In this document: piece after piece, positions 40,331 through 51,849 of the stretch
Position numbering within the stretch: the first letter of the stretch is position 1
Layout: the number at the start of each line of letters is the position of its first letter
Position numbers and translations under genes: made by a program
The notes under the pieces: generated by a model
Told to the model about the DNA's origin: nothing
What the model saw: the letters and a program-made list of their open reading frames with translations, nothing else
The model's database searches: none
Assembly: GCF_006345805.1 (NCBI RefSeq)
Contig: NC_043008.1
Span: 55,614,001 to 55,678,000 of the forward strand
Length of the DNA stretch: 64,000 bases
Reading direction: 5' to 3'
Source of the DNA: Octopus sinensis
Lineage: Eukaryota

Positions 40331-40690
40331 TCCAGTACTTGATTGCAACTTTATTTTGTTCACTCCAGAGGAATTAAAGTCAAAGTTGATCTCAGCGGTG
40401 TTTGAACTCATAAAAAAACCATACCTTAAAACTGCTATGTTTCTGTCTATGGTTTGGGCCAGTACAGATTGTAGTTTTCAGTCGAAAGGTTCATCAACCA
40501 GTAAAATATGAAAGTTTTTTTTTATATTTGTGCTGCACCTTGTACTTATTGCTTGCCTCATGTAGATTTATTGAGGATCTTAAGACATAGATATCTACCA
40601 CTTGACTCTTGTGGGCCTATTCTATACTTTATAGTATAGAATACAGGATGACAGCACCAAGCAGCGATGTGTATATGGATATACCCAGGT

Positions 40691-40792
40691 GAATGAGAAC
40701 CCACCTGATAAAGGCTGGAGGGTATATCAGCCGAAACGTTGTGTTAACAACAAACAAGATGAGGACAAATATCCGTCAAATGTAAATAATGG
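40691..40792 (+). mobile_element. Truncated pseudo-LTR of the tRNA-HHR family (H3) with HHR motif at 40702-40745
   Basis: CUGAUAA-A-GGCUG-GAGGGUAUAU-CAGCC-GAAAC-GU-U-GUGUU; matches 42883-42950; core G8 is mutated to A; about 23 bp deleted upstream. Confidence 0.8.
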
Positions 40793-40859
40793 AAAATTCA
40801 GTTTGGTTGGGATATAATTAGCCTCGTAATGGGCTGCAAGCTTATAGGTGATTATGTGA

Positions 40860-41325
40860 GTGTGTATGTGTGTAAGTGTATGTGTGTGTGAGTGTATATG
40901 TGTGTAAGTGTATGTGTGTGTGTGAGTATATGTATGCATGCATACATATGTGTGTACATATGTTTGTGTGTGTGTGTGTATGTGAGTGTATATGTACATA
41001 AGTGTATGTGAATGTATATGTGTGTAAGTGTGTGTGAGTATATGTATGCATGCATACATATGTGTGTACATGTGTGTAAGTGTATGTGTATGAGTATATG
41101 TATGCATGCATATGAGTGTACGTGTATTTGTGTGTGCATGTGTGTGTGTGCGTGCGCGTGTGTGTGCATGCTTGCATGTGTGTGTGTTCATGCTTGCGTG
41201 TGTGTGCATGCGTGTGTGTGTATGTATTTGCATGTATGTGTGTGAGTGTATGCATTCATGCATGCATGCATACATGTGTGTGTACGTGTTTGTGCGTGTG
41301 TGTATGTGTGTGTGTGTGTGTGTAA
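40860..41325. repeat. (TG/TA/TGCA)n composite repeat
   Basis: Direct reading. Confidence 0.9.
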
Positions 41326-41835
41326 GCTTAGACAATATTAGACATTCTAACCACCAATTTGAAACGGAAAAGTTCAGCAGGATCGCAGATGGAACTTGAA
41401 GGTCACATATATTTATCCTTTGCTTCCTGTAGATCTAGTACAAGACTGGAGCCACATATACAAGGAGTGGCAAAAAAAAAACCTCCCACACTTGTTCTTT
41501 TGGTGCATAATAGCTCATGAAATTACACAGATGGTGACAGAACCTTCATGTAACTAACATTTTGCCATTTTATTTTCCAGTTTTTATTATGGTTTAGATT
41601 GGTACAAACAGTGTATTTTAGTAGCTGAAAAATGTGGAAGGGGTTGTTTTCTTTTTTAGCTGTACCTTGTATTTTTTTCTTTGCTTCATGTGTATTTATT
41701 GAGAGTCTTGAGTCATATATGTTTACATTTACCACCTGATGCATCTGGGTTTGTTATGGTGGCTTGAGACAAATATATTTGTTTCGTGCCCCTCGTGAGT
41801 TTGTTGTAAGACTTGAGTCAAAGATATTTACAACA

Positions 41836-42395
41836 TGCCTCTTGTAGGTTTGTTGTGGGAAATAAGCTGTATATGTCTAACACTTGCCTCTTGTGGGTCT
41901 GTTGTGGGAAATGAGTCATCTCTATCTAACACTTGTCTCCCATGGAGCTGCTGTGGCTAAAATAAGCCATCAATATCTAATTTGCTTTTTACAGGTCTGT
42001 TGTGAGAAATACACCATCTATATCTAATATTTGCCTCCTGTGGGTCTTTTGTGAGAAATAAACCTTCTATATCTAACACTTGTCTCCTGTGGGTCTGTTG
42101 TGGGAAATAAGCCATCTATATCTAACACTTGCATTTTGTGAGTCTTTTGTGGGAAATGACTTCATAGATATCTACCACTTGCTTCTTGTGTGTCTGTTGT
42201 GGGAAATGAGCTATCTATATCTTACACTTGCCTCCTGTGGATCTGTTGTGGGAAATAAGCCATAGATATCTTACACTTGATTCCTGTGGGTCTGTTGTGG
42301 GAAATAAGCCATCTATATCTAACACTTGCCCTTTGTGGGTCTGTTGTAGGAAATGAGCCATCTGTATCCAACACTTGCCTTTTGTGAGTCTGTTG
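41836..42395. repeat. 49-bp minisatellite, about 11 copies
   Basis: Unit TTGCCTCTTGTGGGTCTGTTGTGGGAAATAAGCCATCTATATCTAACAC. Confidence 0.9.
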
Positions 42396-42490
42396 TGTTA
42401 TGCCTCTGTAACTTAGCAGTTTGGCATAAAAGACTGGTAAGATAAATACCAAACTTTAAAACAAATAAGTACTGCAAGTAGATTTGCTGT

Positions 42491-42682
42491 GATGGGTACC
42501 TTCCACACAGATATCATTTGGGTTTGGCCAATGAGAAGAGAGAACACCACTGGAAAATACGGAAACTAAAAGAAGCAGCACATATGCTAGGACACAACAA
42601 CCTCCTAAGCAGACCGAGTACAGATATGAATAGCATATGGGAACTGGTAATAAGGAAGGGTAGGAAAATATTAGATTTATGA
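42491..42682 (+). pseudogene. C-terminus of a Penelope-like ORF (end of GIY-YIG domain)
   Basis: Open frame ...EHHWKIRKLKEAAHMLGHNNLLSRPSTDMNSIWELVIRKGRKILDL*, fitting the PLE pattern W..RK.KEA.H....L.R...L..IW. Confidence 0.75.
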
Positions 42683-42713
42683 GCCCTAAAAATTCACTCG
42701 ATAATTGCCCACA

Positions 42714-42780
42714 GGCATATGGCATAGTGGTTAAGAGCGCAGGCTACTAACCCCAAGATTCCGAGTTCGATTCCAGGTCG
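42714..42780 (+). promoter_or_regulatory. tRNA-derived type 2 Pol III promoter
   Basis: A box TGGCATAGTGG at 42720-42730, anticodon-loop-like CTACTAA, and B box GAGTTCGATTCC at 42763-42774. Confidence 0.8.
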
Positions 42781-42882
42781 AACCTGAATAATAATAATAA
42801 TAATAATGATAATAATGATAATAATAATAACAACATTGAAAAATACCTTAGGAATAAGAACCCAGGTTCGAAATTTTCCCAA

Positions 42883-42928
42883 GACACCTGATGAAGGCTG
42901 GAGGGTATATCAGCCGAAACATTGTGTC
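42883..42928 (+). ncRNA. Minimal type I hammerhead ribozyme motif
   Basis: GACAC-CUGAUGA-A-GGCUG-(10 nt)-CAGCC-GAAAC-AU-U-GUGUC. Stems I and II are perfect 5-bp helices; the stem III ACGU palindrome has decayed to ACAU. Confidence 0.85.
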
Positions 42929-43419
42929 AATAACAAACAAGATGAGTCAAACGATTCTACATCCAGTACTTATTTGTCTAAAACGCTTCAAGGCAGTGCC
43001 CCAGCATGGCCACAGCCCAACAAATGAAACAAGCAAAAGAGAGAAGACAATTTATTTCTAGTCAGCATTGAAGCACATCTGCATTAACCTTTTCTGATAT
43101 GATCTCACTTGAGACTCCTCAGATTCTTTGATACAAAACTTCTCGTTTTAATGTGTTCATACTTTAATTAAACTTCCTATTATAATTTTATGTAAGAGCC
43201 CTTTGTTTTGTGACGTTCCAGTAACCAACTTAATAATGACAAAGTTAATTATATTATTGAATCTCTACTGTTTATTGATTATTTTCCTAAATTCTCTGAA
43301 ACACATTAGCTGTTTAATTTATTTGAAAACTGTAGTCACGAATGGGTTATCGTTAAGTTATAAAGATCATGGCTTTGTCGTAGGAAATCCGTTGGGAAGT
43401 TACAACCTGTATAATTGCT

Positions 43420-43571
43420 CAAAGTACTCCACAATGGGTTCAGTCCCATTATGTGGCACCTTGGGCAAGTGTCTTCGATTATAGCCTGTGGGCCAGAAAA
43501 ATCCTTTGTGAGTGGATTCGGAAGATAGAAATTGAAAGAAACTCATTGCATACATATAGATAGATAGATAA

Positions 43572-43630
<59 letters not shown>

Positions 43631-43641
43631 TAGATACGTAC

Positions 43642-43680
<39 letters not shown>
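43420..43680 (+). mobile_element. Family A 5' half plus (GATA)/(GA)/(TA) tract
   Basis: GGTTCAGTCCC...ACCTTGGGCAAG. Confidence 0.75.
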
Positions 43681-43682
<2 letters not shown>

Positions 43683-43684
<2 letters not shown>

Positions 43685-43865
43685 AAATAAGGAAATGGAG
43701 GAATAGATTTCTTTCAATCATCAACTTCCAGATAATACCACTTCATATAATTTATTAACTAATTATTTCTATTTAATCTAAATAATCAGTTAATAAATTA
43801 TATGAATTGGTATTATCTAGAAGTTGATGATTGAAAGAAATCTATTCCTCTATTTTCTTATTTTG
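43683..43865. mobile_element. Palindromic MITE (arms about 86 bp, 11-nt spacer) with TA flanks
   Basis: CAAAATAAGGAAATGGAGGAATAGATTTC... is the near-perfect reverse complement of the right arm. Confidence 0.85.
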
Positions 43866-43905
43866 TATTATGAATTTGAGGTAAAACATTTTACCTTCGC
43901 CCATA

Positions 43906-44287
43906 TCTCTCTATATATAAACGGCAGTTTGTCTGTGCGTGTTTCTGTGTGTCTGTTTGCTTGTACCCTCACCCTGACCACGGCTTTCAACCAATTCTGA
44001 TGAAACTTGACACACACATAGCCCAATGTCATAATTCAAAACTAACGCAGCGAAAATTTTGAAAAGTTCCCCCAGTTCTGAAAAAAATCGATAAATTCGA
44101 CTTGGGGTCGAGAATCAGAAACACAAACCAAAAACTGTCTAGGGGACGCAACTCCACCTTTTTTAAATCACAAAAAAATTTACCATCTTTTTTTCCATTT
44201 TTTGGCTATTTTTTGGCTATAACTCTCTAAAAATGCTTTATAGTTATTTCCCTTACAAACCTGAGCAACGCCGGGCGATACTGCTAG
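43906..44287 (+). mobile_element. Non-autonomous Helitron
   Basis: A|TCTCTCTATATATAAA...GAGCAACGCCGGGCGATACTGCTAG|T. Confidence 0.88.
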
Positions 44288-44419
44288 TAATACAATAAAT
44301 GAATTAATTGCATTGCAATTCTTAGCATTTATGTATTAACCTTCTGGGTACTTTACTGGCAGTATATTGGATAAATGATATCCCATAGTGGGTTACACTC
44401 ATAACCCCTATCTCACTTT

Positions 44420-44459
<40 letters not shown>

Positions 44460-44720
44460 ACTGAAAGAAGCCTGTCGTATATATGTATATATATATGTAT
44501 GTGGGTGTGTGTTTGTGTGTCTGTGTTTGTCCCCCTAGCATTGCTTGACAACCGATGCTGGTGTGTTTACGTCCCCGTCACTTAGCGGTTCGACAAAAGA
44601 GACCGATAGAATAAGTACTGGGCTTACAAAGAATAAGTTCCGGGGTCGATTTGCTCGACTAAAGGCGGTGCTCCAGCATGGCCGCAGTCAAATGACTGAA
44701 ACAAGTAAAAGATAGAGTAA
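44460..44720 (+). mobile_element. Family A 3' half
   Basis: Matches 470-720. Confidence 0.85.
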
Positions 44721-45139
44721 AGAGTATCATCATCATTGTTATCATCACCATCATCATCATCATCTCCATCACCACCGCCATCATCATCATCATCATCACC
44801 AAGCTTCTTACCATACAACCATGCCTACGCCTTATATATGTATGTATATATATATATATATATCAGCATGTCTGTACGTGTGTGAGTGTGTGTGCACATA
44901 TTTGTGTGTATTGTTGTCCTGATGTGATGCGATGATTGCAAATCTGCATCATTGTCATCTTAGAAGCAATGTCTTTCAGGTCCAGCTCTTCCCTGGAAAA
45001 CATGCCTGGCTATGGAGAAATATTACCTTCCTTGCTTGGAAACAGGTGAAGGTTGGTGACAGGGCAGGCACCCAGACATAGAAAATCTGCTTCAACCAAT
45101 TCTGTCTGACCCATGGAAGAATTGAAAAGTGGATGTTAA

Positions 45140-45360
45140 CCCTTCTGTTACTGTATTTATTTTGAGATGCTCTGTGTTTCTTTCAATTACTTTAATTATA
45201 ACAAAGAATTCAGTAAAATAACTTAGTTATCATTCAGCTAGTGTTAGGAACAGAAATTGTGACTAAGATTTGGTGGAAGATTTTAATTCAAAACTTATGA
45301 AAACAAGACATTTGTACTACAGAGCCAGAGCCGGTTTCAGCCGGGTTGGTAACAAAAGGG
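45140..45360. mobile_element. piggyBac-type MITE (family 1) inserted in the TTAA of a family B 3' end
   Basis: GGATG-TTAA-CCC...GGG-TTAA-ATGACAATG(GAT)n. Confidence 0.9.
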
Positions 45361-45364
45361 TTAA

Positions 45365-45374
45365 ATGACAATGG

Positions 45375-45408
<34 letters not shown>

Positions 45409-45468
45409 GAAAATGATGATGACGATGACGATGATGATGATGACGATGATGTTGATGGTGATGATGAC

Positions 45469-45502
<34 letters not shown>

Positions 45503-45528
45503 TTGGTGATGAAGAAAATGATGATGAC

Positions 45529-45564
<36 letters not shown>

Positions 45565-45566
45565 AG

Positions 45567-45623
<57 letters not shown>

Positions 45624-46240
45624 CGATGATGATGATGATGGTGGTGACGATGATGCTGCAGCTGCTGATGATTTTTTTGCTTTTATGTACGACTTATGAA
45701 AGGCATCAAGCCACAACTTCCTAAAGTTTGGAACAGGGTAGAGAAGACTGAGGATATGCAAAGGGATGCATTTTAGGTATGGACATGATGGCAATAGGTG
45801 TGCTTGTGATGACAGTACCTGCAGTGGTGGTGGTGGTGGTACAGGTGCTGGTTGTGGCAGCAGTGGTGGTGGTGACAATGGCAGTGGCAGTGGTGGTATT
45901 TGTGGAAGTGGTGTTAGTGGTGGTGGTGGTGGTGGTGACAGCAGTGATGGTAGTGGGGATGTTAGCAATGGTGGTAGAGGTGGTAATTTTGATGGCATTG
46001 TTGCTGTTGTTGTTGATGTGGTGGTGGTGGCGTTAGTGGTGATAGTGGTGGTGGTGGTGGTGTTGGTATTGGTGGTGGTGATGGTGGAAGTGTTCGTGGT
46101 GAGGGTGCTGTTGTTGTTTCTGTGGTAGTGGTGAAGGCGATAATGATAGTGGTGGAGGTAGTAATTGTGGTGGTGGTGCTGCTGCAGTTGTTGTTGTTAT
46201 TATTGTTATTGCTGTTGTTGCTGCTGCTGTTGTTGTTGTT

Positions 46241-46276
<36 letters not shown>

Positions 46277-46310
46277 ACGGCGGTGGCGGCGGCTGCGGTG
46301 GTGGTGTTGA
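45365..46310. repeat. (GAT)n and (GGT/GTT/GGC)n low-complexity blocks
   Basis: Direct reading. Confidence 0.95.
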
Positions 46311-46585
46311 TAGCATCACAGATGGCCAATCAATTACATTAGCCTGTCTATCAATTATCAATATCTGTCATTATCTATAATCTATTACAATTCACTCTTT
46401 GTCTCTTTCTTTCTCTCTTTCTCTCTTTCTCTTTTCCTCAACGAACAAGGATGCATATTCATTGTGCAGATAAACATAACAAATGAACCTAAGAAGTGCA
46501 TTGTGCATAGCAACAGAAATAGATGCACAAATGCATTTTAGTATGGAGCAACAGAAAACTGATTTTTGCATTTCATCAATAAGTG

Positions 46586-46713
46586 ATCTTTAATCCTGTG
46601 CATGCATGTGTGTCTATATGCTGTATGTACTGTGTGTGTATGTGTGTATGTGTGTGGGTGGCTGTATGTACTGTATTGTATTCTCTGTGTGTGTGTGTAT
46701 GTAAAGTACTCTC

Positions 46714-46744
<31 letters not shown>

Positions 46745-46816
46745 CACGCACATGGAATCTTTAATCCTGTGTATGTGTGCATGTGTACATGTGTGGGTGT
46801 ATGTACTGTATTGTAT

Positions 46817-46849
<33 letters not shown>

Positions 46850-47180
46850 ATGTTTGTGTGTGTGTGTGTAGATGTCTGTGAATGTGTGTGCATGTGTGCA
46901 TGTGTGGATGTCTGTTTGTGTGTGTGTGTGTGTGTGTAGACGTCAGTGAATGTGTGTGTGTGTGTGTGTGTGGATGTCTGTTTGTGTGTTGTGTGTGTAT
47001 GTGGTGGGTGTATGTACTGTATTGTATTTGTGTGTGTGTGTGTGTGTGTATGTGTGTATGTGTGTATGTGTGTATGTGTGTATGTGTGTGGGTGGCTGTA
47101 TGTACTGTATTGTATGTGTGTATGTGTGTTTGCGTGAGTAAGGTACTCACATACACACACACACACACGCACACACACAC

Positions 47181-47211
<31 letters not shown>

Positions 47212-47230
47212 GAATCTTTAATCCTGTTGT
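46586..47230. repeat. Composite (TG)-rich tandem with recurring ATCTTTAATCCTGT and GTATGTACTGTATTGTA anchors
   Basis: Anchors at about 46586, 46755 and 47210. Confidence 0.75.
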
Positions 47231-47399
47231 AAATGTACATCTGCAAATGCACATACTGTGTTTGTGTGTGTATGCACATGCGTATCTGTGGCTGTGTAGG
47301 AGTGCATATGTAGTTATATTTTTAAAGACAGCATTTAATGAAATGCTGATTATGAAATAGGTAAATCTCAAGAAACAGATTATTGCTCCAATATTTATT

Positions 47400-47620
47400 A
47401 AAATAATAAGGCAGTTAGCTGGCAGAACCGTTAACAAACCAGGTAAAATTGTTAGCAGCATTTTGTTTGATTTTATGCTCTGAGTTTAAATGTCATTGAG
47501 GTTGACTTTGCCTTTCACCTTTTCAGGGGTCAATAAAATAAGTACCAGTTGAACACTGGGGTCGATGTAATTGACTTAGCCTTCATCTAAAATTACTGGC
47601 TTTATGCTAAAATTTATTAA
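47400..47620 (+). mobile_element. SINE family E
   Basis: AGCTGGCAGAACCGTT...GACTTTGCCTTTCACC...AAGTACCAG. Confidence 0.8.
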
Positions 47621-47912
47621 AATATTAGCCAAGTCTTGGTACCTCATGTATTTTTAGAATGAATATTTGCTAGAATTTATACATTTCTAGAAGTTAATGT
47701 TAGAGATCAAAGTTCCCCAACCACCAGACCATGGTAAAGTACCAATCCAAAGACTGTTTACAGGATGGGAGCACTAAGCAGTGATGTTTATAAATGCATT
47801 GTTATTATTATCAGTTCAAATATACCAGTGGTAGAAAAATAGGTCTAGAAATGATAGAGAAATGAAGGTCTAGAAAGGAAATTTTAAAATTTATTCTTTC
47901 TATGTGGTCTGG

Positions 47913-48358
47913 TGTGGAGGCACATGGCCTAGTGTTTAGAACAGCAGACTTGCAGTTGAGGGATCATGGATTCGAATCTCAGACCAGGTACCATTCTCAT
48001 TAGTTAATGTTAGATCTCAGTCAGCCCTGATATAACATTGTGCAGTATGTCAGTTTTAAGATAGTAGATGTGATTTAAGTGAGAATTAGCTGCTATTTCT
48101 CGCAGGTTCAGTGACCATGTAGAGGTTGTCTTAGTTCAGATAACCATTCAACTATAAACACAGCTCCGGTAGAAGGCAATGGCTAACCTCTGATGACTCT
48201 TTCGCCACAACTTTCCCTCACTCTTTCCTCCTGCATCTAGCAACTCACCTATGATGGACCGGTGTCCCGTCCAGGTGGGGAACCTATATGCCAATGAAAC
48301 TGGGGAAACCAGCCCTTAAGAGCCAGGCATGGCTTCAGAAGGAACAAACAACAACAAC
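47913..48358 (+). mobile_element. SINE family C (tail variant 2) split by an insertion of about 170 bp
   Basis: Head at 47913-47990; tail at 48160-48358 matches 6240-6437. Confidence 0.75.
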
Positions 48359-48367
48359 ATGTGGCCT

Positions 48368-48620
48368 GGTACCAAATGATCTTCACAATGTTATTATCAG
48401 TTTGAATAAGCCAGAGGCACATTTGAACTCATAAACAAGCCATTCACCATGTTTTATCATGGAGAAAATCTTTTACTGTAGACAAAGGGTGTAAATGTGC
48501 CTAATACACCATTTGCCTACAGCAAGAGATTTTCCCCATTATAAAACACACTGAATGGCTTGCTTACAAGTTTGAATGTGCCACTGGCTTATTCAAACAT
48601 TATGAAGATCATTCAGTACC
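48368..48620. repeat. Imperfect palindrome of about 250 bp (foldback MITE-like)
   Basis: GGTACCAAATGATCTTCA...GTTTGAATAAGCCAG...GGTGTA / TACACC...CTGGCTTATTCAAAC...TGAAGATCATTCAGTACC. Confidence 0.85.
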
Positions 48621-49024
48621 CCAACATCGCTTGACAACTGTAACTTAGTGGTTCGGCAAAAAAGACTGATATAATAAGTACTAGGCTTACAAAGAATATG
48701 TCCTGGGGTCAATTTGCTCGACTAAAGGCGGTGCTCCAGCATGGCTGCAATCAAATGACTGAAACAAGTAAAAGAGTAAAAGCGTATCATGCCCTTTATT
48801 GTGTTTCATTATGCATGTGATCCCCCAGTCCATGAAAAAATTGCCTTGCAATAAACCAGACCAGGGTGCAAGAAATGGATGGGGACTGCAAGTATAGATT
48901 ATCTTCTGGGGTACCCCAGCTAACTCTGAACTAATTTCTTATCAACTGAGAAAGATCTCTCCAGAATCTTATGAATTCTACAGCAACTCAGGTTTCACTC
49001 TAAAAACTCTAATTCTTTTTTGCA

Positions 49025-49275
49025 GTGAACATACTGGTTGTCTTGGACACTTGGCAATGCTATTGCAATATTGATGGAGCCCAATGGCACCAGCCTCATA
49101 GCTCCCATCCGACTTGTGTGCAATGGCAGAGCGAGTCCATGCTGCACAAGTATGATGCCAGGCAGGCGAAGACAAGGCAGGGCAGCTGATGCTGCGATGA
49201 TGTATGCAGAGCTCTGCAGCCTGATTGCGCACATTCTGGTAACCAGCGCCAGCAGGGCGAATGGAAGACAAAAGT
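49025..49275. other. Unique GC-rich island, candidate exon
   Basis: Strong plus acceptor (TTCTTTTTTGCAG at 49024) and a plausible minus exon 49239-49035 with an open frame. Product not recognised. Confidence 0.3.
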
Positions 49276-49279
49276 GAAT

Positions 49280-49361
49280 GATGTCATTGCTGATGTCATT
49301 GTCATCACCAAAGTCATTATCATTGGTAGTATCATTGCCATTTATTATCGTTTCCTTATTT

Positions 49362-49434
<73 letters not shown>

Positions 49435-50084
49435 CCACCACTGTTGTTGTCACCATTGCCCTGACATCATGTTACCACCGTCACCAACACCATCATCAAC
49501 ATCACCACCACCATCCTTACCAAAGTCATCACCATCTTCATCGTGATCATGGTCAGAATCATGATGATCATCATGATCATGATGATCATCATCATCATCA
49601 TTATCAGTCGTTGCTGTCATTACCATTGTCATTACCGCCGCCACCACCACCACCACCACCACCACAATGGCGTTGCAACCACCACCAACACCACCACAAC
49701 AGCGCCACAGCCACCATCGCCACCGCTGACGACACCACCTCCACTGTCATTATCATTATCATCATCATCATCATCATCATCATCAGCTACAGTCATTAAT
49801 GACTACAATGTAGCAGTGTAACAATAAAAAACAGTTCCATCACATTCGACAACAGAAGAAAGCCAAATTTAATTAGAAATACACTGGGGCAGAGTATGTA
49901 CACACACACACACATACACACACACACGCACGTGCATGCATATACATGCACACACACAGACACACACACACACTTACATACATGTATACATGCATTTACA
50001 TACATGTACACATAAAAACACATACACACACACATATACATCATACGCTCATATATGTACACATATACAAATATATATACATAC

Positions 50085-50150
<66 letters not shown>

Positions 50151-50457
50151 CACACACACACATATATATATATACATCATATACATACACACATGTGCAC
50201 ACAAGCACACAAATACATACATACAAACACCTTTACCTACACACACATCACTCTCATTCGCACATACACATGTGCGTGCTTACACACACAGAGACACACA
50301 GACGTGCACACACACACATGCATGCACAGAGTGTCAGTCTTCCATTTATTAATTGCCCTTCCCTGTGTTACATTGGAAATTGAATTTTTGCTTCATATAA
50401 TGGCTCAAAAACGATGTTTTTCATTTTTAGACAAAAAAGAAGACATATGGGAAAATC

Positions 50458-50517
<60 letters not shown>

Positions 50518-50540
50518 CATTATTATTATTATTATTATTA

Positions 50541-50583
<43 letters not shown>

Positions 50584-50636
50584 GTTATTATTCTCATTAT
50601 TATTATTATTATTCTCATTATTATTATTATTATTAC

Positions 50637-50685
<49 letters not shown>

Positions 50686-50700
50686 TTATTATCTTTATTG
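49280..50700. repeat. Compound microsatellites (CAT, CAC, CA, TA, ATT)
   Basis: Direct reading. Confidence 0.95.
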
Positions 50701-51046
50701 TTCTTTTCTCTCTCTCTCTCTCTCTTTTGACAATTCCTCAGCTTCAATAAAATTGGTCTTATTGAACAATAATAACAGGGTAATCATTCATCAAAATTGT
50801 ATTAAATTGTATTGTGTTAGTTACTGAAATACATGGTTTCTTAAAGAATAAGTTTTTAACAATTGTTACATTGTTTTTAATATAAATTCAGCTAGCAGAG
50901 TCAGTAGATTGCTGGTTTACGAGTTAAAATGTTGATATTTTACATCAAGTAACACTGTATCATATAAAATCGTATTATATTGTATTATATTATATTATAT
51001 TATATTATATTATGTTATATTGTATTATATTTTATAATATTATATT

Positions 51047-51535
51047 ATGAGGCAGCGAGATGTCAGAACTGTTAGTATGCCAGTCAAAATGTTTAGCTGC
51101 ATTTTGTCCATCTTTACGTTCTGAGTTCAATTTCTGCAGACCGCTGGACTTGCCCTTGTGTAGGTGGCACATAAAAAGCACCATTTGAGCGTAGCCATTG
51201 CCAGTACCGTCTGACTGGCCCTCATGCCGGTGACACGTAAAAGCACCCACTACACTCTCGGAGTGGTTGGCATTAGGAAGGGAATCCAGCTGTAGAAACT
51301 CTGCCAGATCAGATTGGAGCCTGGTGCAGCAATCTGGTTCGCCAGACCTCAGTCAAATCGTTCAACCCATGCCAGCATGGAAAGCGGATGTTAAACAATG
51401 ATGATGATGTAGGCTTTGCCCTTTATCCTTTCTGGAGTGATAAAATAAGTACCAGTTGAGTACTGGAGTTGATGTAATCGACAAGGCCCTCCCCACAAAA
51501 TTTCAGGCCTTGGGCTTACAGTAAAAAAGATTATA
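51047..51535 (+). mobile_element. Family E SINE interrupted by a family B element (about 51160-51410)
   Basis: E head, then family B body with (GAT)n, then E tail; TTGCCCT appears at both junctions. Confidence 0.75.
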
Positions 51536-51849
51536 CTGTAGTAATATTATATGCCATATTATATAATATTACATAATAGTATATCCTGTGAAAAGCAGTG
51601 AGCTAGGAGAATTGTTAGTGTAGTGGTCACAGTGCTTAGCAGCATTTCTTTCAACGGTTTATGTCCTGAGTTCAAATTCTACTGAGGTCATCTTTGCTTT
51701 CCATTCTTTCAGTGTAGTTAAGATGAGTGTTGGTTGAGTACTGAGGTGGGGATGTCTGTGTTGTTAAGAAGTTTGCTTTTCAACCATATGGTTTTTAGAT
51801 TCAAGCCCACTACACGGCATCTTGAATGAGTGTCTTTTTTTTTTTCAAA

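Noticed and set aside
40460-40495. Minus-strand UUGAUGA...GAAA as a further hammerhead
   Set aside because: C3 is altered, stem II is poor and there is no stem I or III.
41836-42395. CRISPR-like array (also 10596-10702)
   Set aside because: Contiguous units without unique spacers, eukaryotic context and no cas genes.
42714-42785. Genuine tRNA gene (also all SINE heads)
   Set aside because: No complete acceptor or anticodon stem and no terminator; embedded in repeat bodies.
48188-48215. CTGATGA in a family C tail
   Set aside because: No stem II or GAAA box, and other family C copies differ here.
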